The notes beneath the pieces were generated by a model. That model saw nothing but the letters and a program-made list of their open reading frames with translations, had not been told where the DNA came from and made no database searches. A stretch of DNA of 64,000 nt. Source: Ylistrum balloti. Lineage: Eukaryota. The stretch is from the NCBI RefSeq assembly GCF_031769215.1, contig NW_026782016.1, forward strand, positions 1,488,001 through 1,552,000, given 5' to 3'. A program made the translations under genes and the position numbers. This document shows positions 11,571 through 25,499 of the stretch, piece after piece. How positions within the stretch are numbered: position 1 is the stretch's first letter; the number at the start of each line of letters is the position of its first letter.

Positions 11571-13039
11571 CGTCAGGTAGGTTACATCTGCTTATCATAT
11601 GCAGAGGTCAAATGCAGAGTATTTTATCAGGGTAAGTTATATTTATCAACGACAAGAGCAATTTAACAAGATATACACGCTGAGAAAATAATGAAACTTT
11701 ACAAGATACATTCAAGAATAAACATGAACAAAATCTTACTAAATTTATTCACGATCTTGTTGGCGTATTATATAGAAATATTGTGCAGAAAAGCATATGC
11801 CACACATGAATACCGGTTTACATATAAGTCTACATTGGAACAAAGTCACTCATGTGAATATCACCTTTTAATACAAATTTAGAGTGAGGTAAAGTAAAGC
11901 GAAACAATTAAGTAAACTGCACCATACAGCTGTTTTGTCCTTCTAGGACTTGTAAGTGATGCTAAAGGGCCAAACTTTTTGCAGCCTAGATGTATGAAAA
12001 GTTAACATCTAATGTAACAACTATTGTTCTTACATGTCATTGTGCGCTTACGCCTTTCTATGCCTTTATCACGGTGTATCTTTGTGCTTGTATATGCCAG
12101 TCAATGAACACTGGAATAGTTTAAGTAAAACCTTAATGTTTTAACTGTTTCCTTAAATAATTTTATGTGTCTGTCGAAATTTGTGACGGTTGTATAAAAA
12201 ATCTCGAAGCGAAAGACATGCTTGTAACATTTTTCTTCATATAAATGAACTACCATCTATTAAATAATAATTTAATTATACCTCTCATAGATTGACAAAT
12301 AAAAGTGTTGGCACAAACGTTAAATACATCAATTACGTTTGAGAAAAATTAAGAAGAATTTTAGCCTGGGATAGATGTCGACATTTTCTGCCGAATATTA
12401 ATTTGTTTAAAAAATAACTGTAAGTATAAAGCTTTGATCGTATTTATTAGCCTTTAGCTTCCAGTCTTTCGGGGCTAATGGTTCTGTCCACACCTAGCTA
12501 TAATTAGTCCCTAGTATCTCGCCGTTTGTAATCATCAACAGTGGGCCTTACAATTAAAGCAATATTGCTATTATAATAGCTAAGTGCAGTAATGAGCGAT
12601 TGTTGTCTGGGTTCATTCCATTTGTAGATAATTATATGTAAACATTTTTTCATGTTAATCGATTTTTTTTTAAATTTTCTGTTTGTCTTTCGATGCCTTA
12701 TATAAATACGGTGATATTTGCACAATATCTCTGATTTGTAGAACAAGAAATATCGGGTTGTTTAAAGGGTTTGTTCAAAGGGCTTGTTCAAATGGTTTTT
12801 TCGCAATTAGCCAAATGTTCACAAAACAAAGGAATGTGTCGTTTTATGAAGATAATGCCAATCCAATTATAGTCATTTTCATACTGACTACAAAGTTCTA
12901 CCAAATACTGTATATATACACTACACGGCCCCTTTTAATTTGTTTTATTGTTTTTTTGTTCATTTTAACCTATTTCTAGTGCAATATATCGGTGTCAAAA
13001 TTACGTCATACATTTCATCATTTACAACTTTATCTATTC

Positions 13040-13340
13040 TGATGTCATTAAATAAAATACAAACAGATATCACTACTAATTTAAAAAAATACAATTTGCT
13101 GATACTCATTATAAAAAATCATACCACAATTATTTATATACATTAATTACAAAAATATAGCATTGTTAATGCACATTTCTTACAAAAATATTACATTGGT
13201 GATACAAATTAATTGTAAAAATATCACGTTTAGTGATACATATAATTTACAAAAAAAATGTTGATACACATTACATACAAAAATAGTATATTAGTTCATA
13301 CACATTAATTATAATCATATTACATTAAGTGATAAGTAAC
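13040..13340. repeat. Degenerate ~33-bp AT-rich minisatellite
   Basis: Recurrent gatacacattaattacaaaaatat...tt units. Confidence 0.5.
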
Positions 13341-14321
13341 ACATAATATACTGTGCATTGGTTGACACTTATGAAATATAAAGTTATATTGAAGTTAAAA
13401 TGCCCGCACAATCTCGACGAAAAGTATGAATAAATATCTTTTTAAAACTTCATACACATGTTTATCTTCATGACGTAACCAATATCCTAAACGCAATCTG
13501 TACATTTCATTATAACACTAGATATCCATACATCAATGTTTAAATGAGATAATTGTTCATCTTGCAATAGCCAATCATTTAGTGATATGTATTAATTGTG
13601 CATTATTTTTTCCGGTTATCAATTCATTTTGTTTTGAATTACATATGTTCATCGTGAATCAATATGTGACAAAGTAATAAAAATAATTTATGATGATATT
13701 TTCTAATTATTTCACAAAACCTTCAACTAATGATAATTTGGTATATGACCAATGGCTTGGGTACGAACATAATTTAACATCAAGTAAGTTAGGAACCTTA
13801 ATATTATCTAATAAGGAAAATACTGGCTGATTTACGTATAATAAACATTATTACAAATAAGTAACTTTTTTGTGAAAGATGCTTCACAGAAGTTTACATC
13901 TTTGTAGCGTAATTTATTTTTGCGTGTTATCAATTATAATATGTTATAAGATATTTTAAGATATTGATCTCAATATTGCATGAAAAGCAAACTAAACACT
14001 TTTATTAGAAACATTTTCTTTATCTTGTCATTATTTGCTATGTAATGTTAATATTTAGTGAGAACAAAGATAGTAAGGTTAGATGACACGTGTCACCACA
14101 GGTAAAAACGCGTGTAATGTAATATGAATCTTCTAACATCCATGATAATCATTTTAACAACATTCTTCTGTCTCTGTCATTTTCAAAAGTTATTGAATGG
14201 GGACACAGCCATAATAAGTGGTATGTATACACTTGTGTGGTCTAAAGGAGTTACACGTCTGATTCGTTGGCAAATAACTGACACGTAAACCTAGACGTAA
14301 TAATCGATACATTTACCGCAA

Positions 14322-14600
14322 TTGATCACTTTAATACAAAATACAAACATCGTAAAAATTTACTGCATACACACTACAATTTTCATGTTATTCAATTTTT
14401 TAAACGTATCACAATCTACCACTTTCATACAAAATATAAGCATCGTAAAATTTTACTGCATACAAACTACACTTTCCATTTTATTTAATTTTGTAATTTA
14501 TTTTACCTGTATTACAATATATCACTTTAATACAAAATATTAACATCGTAAAATTTTACTGTATACAAACTACACTTTCCATTTGTTTTAAATTCGTAAG
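14322..14600. repeat. Tandem repeat, ~95-103 bp x3
   Basis: cacttt(a/c)atacaaaata..a.catcgtaaaa.tttactg.ataca.actaca recurs at about 14326, 14420 and 14523. Confidence 0.8.
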
Positions 14601-16052
14601 TGGCATCATCTCATTGCGATATTATACTCATCTCATCATGAATTATTTGATCATACAATGGAATCTTTTGAACATTTATGTACATTAAAAATATTTTGAT
14701 TTCAATTAAAGCAAACATTACTTAAACCACAAAAATAGATTAACTAGTTCAATATCACCCAAGATTCATTTTCAGATACCTCGATCGGATTCGGGTGTAT
14801 ATGTTTTATCTTTCTGGCAATTACACTGAAGACTTAAACGTATAACAAAAAAATGAGAACTCCATGAAACAGTTGTTTGTTCCTTCAAGGAATCATCAGT
14901 GATAACCAGGGCATAAACTTTGCAACTTAGAGGCGACTGAGAAAAAACAAACTTGGTCTCAATCAAAGTAAAAATCCAGAAAGGGATGTACATAACCTCA
15001 TATTTCCATCAATCTTACACAACACAATGCCAGATATAAATATATTCTTTCTGAAACGGTCCATTATTTGAATGGATTAAAATGAGGCTCGCTGGTTATA
15101 AGAAACCTTGGAATCTGAAGTACACTAACAGTGTTTACTACCTTATTAGAAAGAGTCCACAAAGGACGTCGGTGAATGTCACATTTGAGTGCAATTGGGT
15201 TGAAACATATGTACAACCTGGTAGAAATATACGTCGTCTTTACCATTATATTTCAAATATAGGTACCTATACTTGAAAGTATTCACAAATAATTCAATGA
15301 TTTCATCAATTTTTAACTATATCTCTAGTTGAAGTATATCTTAATTTGGCTCATGCCTGTCTGAATTCAAACATTCTGATAATGGTAAGTTTTGTTGGAC
15401 GGTCCAAAAAATGTGTTAACCTCAAATGCAAATACCCGGTTCTCAAATGAGAACTTGACATTATTTAATTCTTGTACTTTTTATAGGTTCTCCGAGAAAA
15501 TATTTCTCATATTTTTAAGTAAGATCTCGTTTACATATCGGTATTCTAAAATATCACAGAATGTATTTTGTTATCACTGTGAATGTTTGTTCAATTGATC
15601 AACGTCCATGCACGTAATCATCTCGGTCGCTCATAACAACTTTAATATTTAGCCAGTGTGTTCACAAATTAATCAGACGTCCCAACGATATTAATAATGT
15701 TCAGTGGGCGTTTAATAAATCCCTACAGTAAAGAAACAATGTAATTTTAACTTGAAATACACATGAGACAACATATAAATCTGCTTTATCGTATCGAATA
15801 ATCTATAAAAACTGGAACGGGCCGTTTCAAGTACAGTTAATGAACAAATTTGTTGGTGGACTTTAGTCTCCGAATTCGAATATTGCCACGCTTCAGAATA
15901 TCCATATGTACTTGTACTTCTGAAAAGATCAGATATATGAAAATTGCGAACTTTATTGAGGCGGCTACTGTAACTTCCCAGCATTTAGAATTTTACATTT
16001 CTCTCGATCACTCGAGATTTCCCTCAGGCGCCTCCTATACTTCAATATTAAA

Positions 16053-16185
16053 GCCCTAAGCATTACTGACTAGTACTAGAACGGATAAATAACTGTTTGA
16101 TAACGTTTAATTCATTTTTTGTCTCTACTACATCTTACTCTGATTTTGTATCAAAAGTTGCTATTCACTTGTGTGTCTTTTGTAC
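16053..16185 (+). repeat. Dispersed repeat fragment, copy 2 (related to 2324-2453)
   Basis: gccctaagcattactgactagtactagaacggat...gctattcacttgtgtgtcttttgtac. Confidence 0.6.
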
Positions 16186-19100
16186 CTTTTTCACGTGTAA
16201 AGGGCACGTTTACTCCAGTGACAACACACTTTTACCTTCGAAAATCCTCAATACACCTATATCATGCGTAGTATGGATGAATTTGGCACGTGTTTTGATA
16301 CGTATGTCTACTGAATGGTTTTTCGTATTTCTAGAGACATAAAATTTCAAAGTAAAACTGCAAATCAATTAATGTGTTCTATGCTCTGAGGAAATTTTTT
16401 CCAGCTATTGAAGTCTCGTGTGCTAAATATGGATTTCACATCAACATCAAACATGTACGGTTAAAGTGTTTGCATGAACCAGCTGTACCAATCACTAAGT
16501 GTGCAAGTAAAAACAACTTGTGCATCATTTACTTGATGGCCAATCCGTTCGGCGCTATGGTGATATTTTTCTAAGACGTAGATAATTTTGTATCTAGTAG
16601 TATTTAGGACTTCATAGTAGAATACAATCTTAGCATATCATGTGAAATATGTAATTACATAGATAGGACATCTTTGGCGCCACTTCACCCCTCCCTCGAC
16701 TACGGGGAGGTAGTCAGCAGTTTCGGAGTATGTTAATGTAACCCCGATCTCCAACTGCTTGGGATCGTTCGTTTGTCTGTTTTTGGTGCCGTGACCAGGT
16801 CCTCTAACGTCATTTATGGTAAACAATGTTCCAGGCCCTATTGGATCGTGTAGGGTTAACAAATTGTCAAATATGAATTAATATATCCATTATGACGGGA
16901 AGTATTGTCAATATGTTTTAGAATGATTATTCGAATTTTTAGCTCATTTTAACAGTCGTAACATGTGTGACGGTGGCATAGTTTATCAGTTACTGACATT
17001 TATCAACAAAACAATTACAACCTGATATTTACTTAGCAAAAAACACAAAACTGTAACGTTCAGTTTAGTATTGAGTTTATCAGCACTTTAAAAAAGAAAA
17101 CTTTAATTTTTCTGCCCCTGCCCTCAACCCAAACCCGCCACATCCCGTCCCCAACACTTGGCGCCCGAAACTTTCCCATAACCTCACACAAAATCATATT
17201 TTTCGAATAGCACACTATATGCAGTCGTCTTTAGATTGTCATTCTGTAAAAAAAACTTGAGCTTATCATCGAGTGGCCGTAGATGGCCATTAACAGCACT
17301 AAACCATTGAAAGATACTTTTCTTTGATTTCGAGGATAGGGGGTATTTCTTGATTATGTTTTTTTTCCTTTTTTATTTATCTATTCATTTTTTGTCTGTA
17401 ACTTGTATAAAGCTATCAACTTTATTTATTTTTACAACAATTGCGAAACAAGTTAATTCAATTTGTACTTATCACTCTTGACAAACTTGATATCGTTTCT
17501 TACATGATTTAAAAGTAATCTTTAAAGGGACTATACCTGTATTTTTTAAATCGTGTTCAAGTAACCGTCTTTTTAACTGGTAAATTGAGTGTGCCTTGCT
17601 TTATATATACTATCTCCTTAAAGGCCTCTTTGTGTAGGTAATGTGTGTATGTCAAGATCTAGTTTGTTCTGGTATTGATAAAACCGAGAAAAAAAAATCA
17701 GTTTATTTCAGTCCAGTTCAGTTCAAGGTCTTAAGTTTCGGATCAACGTTACCAGTTGTTAAATAGTATGTTTAAACGATTATCTCATTATTAAAATACA
17801 AGGCCCAGACCTTCCATAACAAGTTACTGTAGTTTACAATAGAGATAAGATCACCTGGGACATGAGTAATCAGATTTCAAAGTCAGGCATGTTTGGTCTG
17901 TTCCTCAGAGAGAGAAAAACAATACATTAAAATGACGGACAGATGTATGATAAAGTCGGGTATCTGAGTTAGTGTGGTTAAGGTTTTGGAAGTACAAGTC
18001 CAAAGTCCAATAAATGCTTTTATACACCGGCTTAAGAAATATTCATACGAAAGTGGTAACACAGTAATTGGAAATACTGAAGACTGTATATTGATATGCA
18101 ATTATTTCTAACATAACGACTAGCATATGTATTGGTTTTGCTCGAATGCCCAAATAAAAAAATATGGTAATTTGTAGTGTAAGCGGTTTTTTTCTGTTTT
18201 TACATGTGTATATATATATTTAGATATATAAAATTTACACTCACAATATTTCATACATTCTGTCAAATAACAGACAACAGTGAATGGGCACAAACTGGGA
18301 GGTGATTGGAATTGCCTATAACCCCCAGGACCATATAACTATAGAAACCAGTCAAATGATATCAAATTGTTATCAAAGGATGTAAGTGTCCCTACCAATG
18401 CGTATAAAAGTGCCAGCACTGTCAAGTGGATGTCCGCCTCAACCACTGCTGTGCCATTTTGATAAATATTTACATTGTTGAAATTTTTTGATCGAAGTGT
18501 CGCGGATGACCGTTTGGGTCAGGTGGTCAAGGTATAGAATCTGATATAAATAATATGCTAAAACCCAGGTTTAGCAAACGTTATCAAATAATCTATTCTT
18601 TCTTCATGGTGTTTAAGATTATAAAATAAAGTTCTGAGTTATGACAAAGAATAAGAAATAAAACTTAGGTTTACCGTCATTACACCTATTATTAAATCTA
18701 AAATGAGTTCAAGTGCATACTTAAATCTAGTCTGCCGTTACAGTACAAGAGTATACAATGATAAAACAGAGCAACCAAGAGCATGACAAACATTGTCACA
18801 AAAATTGACTTGAACAAGATATTGTAAATTTATATATAACCTTGACCTACAGATTACCATTACATATCTACATGTAATGTCACAATTAATGTTTCATTCA
18901 ATTCAGACTGAATGAATGGAAACAAAACGATAAACGTTGAAATGAAGACTACATGAGTATAAATAACTGAACACTAATACCTGATCCATATTACTCACCA
19001 AGTACGCGTATTTAAATGTGCCGCAGGTCACACAAGATCACAGTTCAAATAACGGCATTCGATGCTATCGTTCCTGTGACACTGTTCAGATCGCCACCAC

Positions 19101-20821
19101 GTGTGTAAATATAATACTTCTGACCAACCACGGACGTATAGATATGTGTGTAAATCATAATACTTCTACAACCAAATCCACGGACTTAGACAGAACACGC
19201 TGTCCTAACGCTATTTTTCTGTATACACTTCAAACACAAATATAATATTGAATTGACACTAATTACAAATAGTATGTAAGGTATTTACCCAGACTTAATC
19301 GCACACCATTATTTTACTCACCTGTGCACACTTGTACCTGTCCGAGTTGTTCGATTAGAATATAATAAAGCGTACGAGCCGTTGTCCACCCTCTGTCGTT
19401 GTGAATGTGAGACAGGTCACATACCCTCGGGTGTGTTATAATCGGGTATGTAGCGGATAGGCACACAGACCAGGTCACGTGATAATCTATCTGATCAAGC
19501 TACCTTACCATTACACCAATTAGGATTTTAACTCGTAAATATATATCCTTACTTAAAACAAAATGCTGTGTCGGGTAGGGCAGTGAATAAGCATTACAGC
19601 TAAGATTATAGAGTGTGGAAATATAGAACACTGAAGTTACACTTTATCAATACCAATCAAATTTCAAACACCGCCCACGTTTCAAGTGACAATATGGATC
19701 CCATAGAGAATGGCTGTTTCTTTCTAATGATTAATTAGCGATTGTCTCATCTTATAGATACGTGGATTGCCATATAATGTATACTGTAATGGTGAAACTG
19801 TTTATCCACAAAAAAGAAAACAAAAACAAAAACAAACAAAAAAAACAACAAATAAACTAAAAGCAAATTTTTTCTGATGCCGGTCGACTTTTCTCACACG
19901 GTAAATATTCAATTTTTAAATTAATTCACTAAGTATGGGATGTCCTTTTACCAATGATTATAAATCTAAATAACTTCACCTTTATATGGTTTATTGGCCT
20001 ATGTCGATAACATACAATGTTGGCCTTTTGTTGTGACCACATGCTTTATCTAAACTCGTGTGTCTGTTTACATATGGAGATACATTGTACTCTGGTTGAT
20101 TCGCCTTGGAAAAAATTCATTCTTATCAACCCTTTTTGTCAGGGTCATGTACTATTTACACTCAACTGCATGTTAAATGGAACGAGATCCCAATATAACA
20201 TAAATGATAGTAATGGATAAATAATGACGTCATATTCCATCTACAGTAATTATGAAAAATTACAGCTGAACAGAAACAGATATATTTCTCACAAAAGATC
20301 GCGTTCATTGACTGAACTCAGTTTTGACTGGATTTTAAAGTTGTAAACAACCCTTATTTGTGTTGTTTGAAAACGCATTTCGATAAAAACACACGCATGA
20401 TAACATGTTTCAGTAACGATTTATTAAGAAAGCATGAAAGTCTGTTACCATGCACCACAGCAAAATTTTCAATATTAAAATCATAATTTATAAATTAGAG
20501 ATTAGGAGAACTGCAACCTGCAAATCAAATCGTATTTCAGATAGCACCAAAAATGGTACAACAATGACAGAATATTGACACAGGAATTTTTTTTCACTGA
20601 GGCAATTCAAAGGTGAAGGAGACGGAATGCAAAGGAATAGTAAGCGTTTTCTTCTTAAAGCCAGAGACGTTATATATGTCTCTGTTAAAGCCCATGTAGG
20701 TAATGCTCTCGAACCAGACTCACAACAACGAAGCCACTCAATAGATGAACGTTAACCGAACGCATCTATAAACTTTTACTTTTTTACAACAATTTGCGAA
20801 GTATATTTTTTTAATTTATAC

Positions 20822-21015
20822 TAATCACCCTTGTTGACCTGGATTGAAGCGTGCGAGGGGTCTTTTCTGGTGTGGGGGTGGGTGTGTGGTTGTGTGTGGG
20901 GGGAGGGAGGGGGAGGGACGGAATCCTCAGGGAAAATGTAACGCCTTATCTTTTCACGTCCGTTCCGGGAATCGAACCACGGACGTTGACAATGCGCCAC
21001 CCGACACATCTGTTA
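20822..21015 (-). mobile_element. tRNA-derived SINE relic
   Basis: Pol III B-box GGTTCGATTCCC (20978-20967) followed by GGACGTGAAAAG..., a C-rich/(CA)n tract and a GACCCCTCGCACGCT...GTGATTAG tail. No intact cloverleaf. Confidence 0.6.
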
Positions 21016-22080
21016 TTTCGCTATGAGATCATGATGCCCGGAGTCACTATCGACGTACAATTGTACTTCTATGAAAACACTGTATCGTATTTGCTTAAGT
21101 CAATTGTCACCATCTATAACGAAAACCATTGCATCAGGACCTATAACGAAAACCGTTATATGGGGACCGGACACTCGAATATTTTATCATGAATTGAAAA
21201 TATCGTTGTTATAATGATATACGGTTACGTGTAAAAATCTACCTGGTTACCTCCTTTCATTTCATTTTCTGCGATTAGCAGAATAATTTACTCCGTCAAA
21301 TATGACAGTGTGGCATGGACATTATATATAATGAATATTCATAAAGCCCCATGTACCGATGGGGGGAGGGGGATTCCTACAAAATTCGCTGGTTAAGAAA
21401 ATAAAATTGATAAGGTATCAATTCCATCAACCTTTTGTGATAAAGGTATAGAACGTGGAACACGCCGAAACCGATTTCACCTGTTACTCAGTCAAATTCG
21501 CAGTGGTTGTTTTTAAAAAAATATTTGTTTTTTTGAAATCACATTTCTCCGTGATGATCGATTTGATTCACGAAACAGGGTTACATGGAGATGTATTTTT
21601 GTCATAAATCTTCCAAATAAACATGAGTTTTTAACTTCCGTAGGGAGAGAGCGTTTCATATTTTTCCGTAACTGTGGTTGATTCAAGATTAGCAAGCATA
21701 TGAAAAGAATATGTCTTTTGTTTGAACATCGTTAGACAAATTATTCGGCGTTTAAACGACATTAATCAGCTGTGATACACAGAACGGATGTATTGATACA
21801 ATCTGTTGTCATCTATTACTAGAAAAACACATCTCAATTTAGCCCTTTGTCGTGAGACAAACCGATCACTTTATCGATAGACGTGACTTAATCCGTGCAC
21901 AGATTAGGAAAACTTGTGAACCAGTCACAAAGACGGGAAATATTTTAACTTTTCACCAAGGCTGTGGTCTGTGCCATTGTCTCGAAAAGTTGTTCCAAGA
22001 GATTAACTCACACTTCACCTCAAAATCAGCAAGGGAAGATCCTCCCTCGTCCTCTAAACAGGGACTGTTCGTCTCACGCC

Positions 22081-24290
22081 CTCTAGCTAGTCAGCGATCA
22101 CCGTCTCGTCCTCTAGTCAGCGACCGATCACCGTCTCGTCCTCTAGTCAGCGACCGATCACCGTCTCGTCCTCTAGTCAGGGACCGATCACTGTCTCGTC
22201 CTCTAGTCAGCGATGGATCACTGTCTCGTCCTCTAGTCAGGGACCGATCACTGTCTCGTCCTCTAATCAGTGACCGATCACTGTCTCGTTCTCTAGTCAG
22301 CGTCCTATCACTGTCTCGACCTCTAGTCAGCGACCGATCACTGTCTCGTCCTCTAGTCAGCGATGGATCACTGTCTCGTCCTCTAGTCAGCGACCGATCA
22401 CTGTCTCGTCCTCTAGTCAGCGATGGATCACTGTCTCGTCCTCTAGTCAGCAACCGATCACTGTCTCGTCTTCTAGTCAGCGATGGATCACTGTCTCGTC
22501 CTCTAGTCAGCGACCGATCACTGTCTCGTCCTCTAGTCAGCGATTGATCACTGTCTCGTCCTCTAGTCAGCGACCGATCACTGTGTCGTCCTCTAGTCAG
22601 CGAGGGATCACTGTCTCGTCCTCTAGTCAGCGACCGATCACTGTCTCGTCCTCTAGTCAGCGATTGATCACTGTCTCGTCCTCTAGTCAGCGACCGATCA
22701 CTGTGTCGTCCTCTAGTCAGCGAGGGATCACTGTCTCGTCCTCTAGTCAGCGACCGATCACTGTCTCGACCTCTAGTCAGGGACCGATCACTGTCTCGTC
22801 CTCTAGTCAGCGATGGATCACTGTCCCGTCCTCTAGTCAGCGATGGATCACTGTCTCGTCCTCTAGTCAGCGATGGATCACTGTCTCGTCCTCTAATCAG
22901 TGACCGATCACTGTCTTGTTCTCTAGTCAGCGTCCTATCACTGTCTCGACCTCTAGTCAGCGACCGATCACTGTCTCGTCCTCTAGTCAGCGATGGATCA
23001 CTGTCTCGTCCTCTAGTCAGCGATGGAACACTATTTCGTCCCCTAGTCAGCGATGGATCACTGTCTCGACCTCTAGTCAGCGACCGATCACTGTTTCGTC
23101 TTCTAGTCAGCGACCGATCACTGTCTCGTTCTCTAGTCAGTGACCGATCACTGTCTCGACCTCTAGTCAGCGACCGATTACTGTCTTGTCTTCTAGTCAG
23201 CGTTCTATCACTGTCTCGTTCTCTAGTCAGCGACCGATCACTGTCTCGACCTCTGGTCAGCGACCGAACACTGTCTCGTCCTCTAGTAAGCGACCGATCA
23301 CTGTCTCGACCTCTAGTCAGCGACCGATCACTGTCTCGTCCTCTAGTCAGCGATGGATCACTGTCTCGTCCTCTAGTCAGCGACCGATCACTGTGTCGTC
23401 CTCTAGTCAGCGATGGATCACTGTCTCGTCCTCTAGTCAGGGACCGATCACTGTCTCGACCTCTAGTCAGCGACCGATCACTGTCTCGTCCTCTAGTCAG
23501 CGATGGATCACTGTCTCGTCCTCTAGTCAGCGATGGATCACTGTCTCGTCCTCTAGTCAGCGATGGATCACTGTGTCGTCCTCTAGTCAGCGATGGATCA
23601 CTGTCTCGTCCTCTAGTCAGGGACCGATCACTGTCTCGTCCTTTAATCAGTGACCGATCACTGTCTCGTTCTCTAGTCAGCGTCCTATCACTGTCTCGAC
23701 CTCTAGTCAGCGACCGATCACTGTCTCGTCCTCTAGTCAGCGATGGATCACTGTCTCGTCCTCTAGTCAGCGATGGAACACTATTTCGTCCCCTAGTCAG
23801 CGATGGATCACTGTCTCGACCTCTAGTCAGCGACCGATCACTGTTTCGTCCTCTAGTCAGCGACCGATCACTGTCTCGTTCTCTAGTCAGTGACCGATCA
23901 CTGTCTCGTCCTCTAGTAAGCGACCGATCACTGTCTCGACCTCTAGTCAGCGACCGATCACTGTTTCGTCCTCTAGTCAGCGACCGATCACTGTCTCGAC
24001 CTCTAGTCAGCGACCGATCACTGTTTCGTCCTCTAGTCAGCGACCGATCACTGTCTCGACCTCTAGTCAGCGACCGATCACTGTCTCGTCCTCTTGTCAG
24101 CGACCGATCACTGTCTCGACCTCTAGTCAGCGACCGATCACTGTTTCGTCCTCTAGTCAGCGACCGATCACTGTCTCGACCTCTAGTCAGCGACCGATCA
24201 CTGTCTCATCCTCTAGTCAGCGACCGATCACTGTCTCATCCTCTAGCTATTAATTAGCCGATCACTGTCTCGTCTTCTAGCTATTAATCC
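22081..24290 (+). repeat. 30-bp satellite array, left (~72 regular units, consensus CTCTAGTCAGCGACCGATCACTGTCTCGTC)
   Basis: Strict 30-bp periodicity from 22081 to 24240, decaying to about 24330. Confidence 0.98.
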
Positions 24291-25499
24291 TCTAGTCATG
24301 AGCCAATCACTCACTCTTTTTCTAGTCAATTTTCGCAAATGGTCTGCCACTCTCTCGGCTTCCACTCAGGATTCGATCATCCTCACGTACAATAGCTGAT
24401 TACTCTCGTTCGTTCTCCCTGCAAAGAACATCCTACATACAATGTACCCATATTTGCCGCTATTTGACTTAATGAGATAATCAAAATATGTGTGAGGTCT
24501 CGCTGCATGTTATATTCATGTTAAATTTGGTTTACAATAAAACTACAGGTTGTCGCTGCATTCGATATCTCGTCTCTATTCACTGCATTAGGGACAATAA
24601 AGTCATTCTTAAATGAAAACGACGAGTCATGTGCATTGTATGAAATTATGCTATTTTACCGCAGAATAAAGGACAACGCTGGCGGAAAATGATAAACCAG
24701 GAATCCCGATATCACCGGTATCTACTCACTGGAATCAATGAAGGTATAGTGATTGTACAAAAGTCACACAAGTGTTTTACTCTGTCTATCGTAAACGATA
24801 CACACACCCATGATTAAGGATTATAGACAAAAATGAATGCTTTGAAATAGTATACACGCAATTAATTTTCAAATTATACAGGTAAGGTAAAAATGTAGAC
24901 TGGTTTAAAATAGATAATACCTTTGACTGTACATTTCCAAGTTATTTTCTATTTTAAGTAGATACAGAGATTTTTATCAATACATAGTTGCTCTGTACAT
25001 GTATCGATCGATAAATCCTAATGACAGTCCGCCTTCAACAGTGTCAGACAAAACTAAAGTAAGTTATACAATGGAAATGTAGAAACATACATGTACTATC
25101 CACAAGTGTTGTTAATCAAAAGTAAATTGAATGAGGAAATGAAACAGATCAGACTGAAATAATAATATATTGGCCTTTATAATGCTTTGTATGAAGGATT
25201 CGTGGACCAATGCTGAAGTCATGCCGGATACCAAGGAGACTAGTAATTTGCCGGTAATTTCTTTTCATTCTACAGGAATAAACACATTTATATGTTGGAA
25301 TAATCGAGGAGTATGACTGTGAGTCTATTTACAATAAAAACAGATATACTCTATTTAGACATTTTTGGAGTGTGTTCGCCACCGACCACCACACCAACCC
25401 AGGTTATCTCGCTGTACTGAAGTCTCTATGCGGTATAGTTAACCCTGGTATCTCAAAAGGATCTACTGACCCAAAGAGCAACTGAGGCACATATTCAAT

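Noticed and set aside
15080-16560. Further LINE or Penelope-like RT relics (LLERVHK, LIRMS, ALRKFF)
   Set aside because: Only 4-6 residue resemblances; too weak to call without a profile search.
20940-21015. tRNA gene
   Set aside because: Only a B-box is recognisable and there is no cloverleaf; this is a SINE head.
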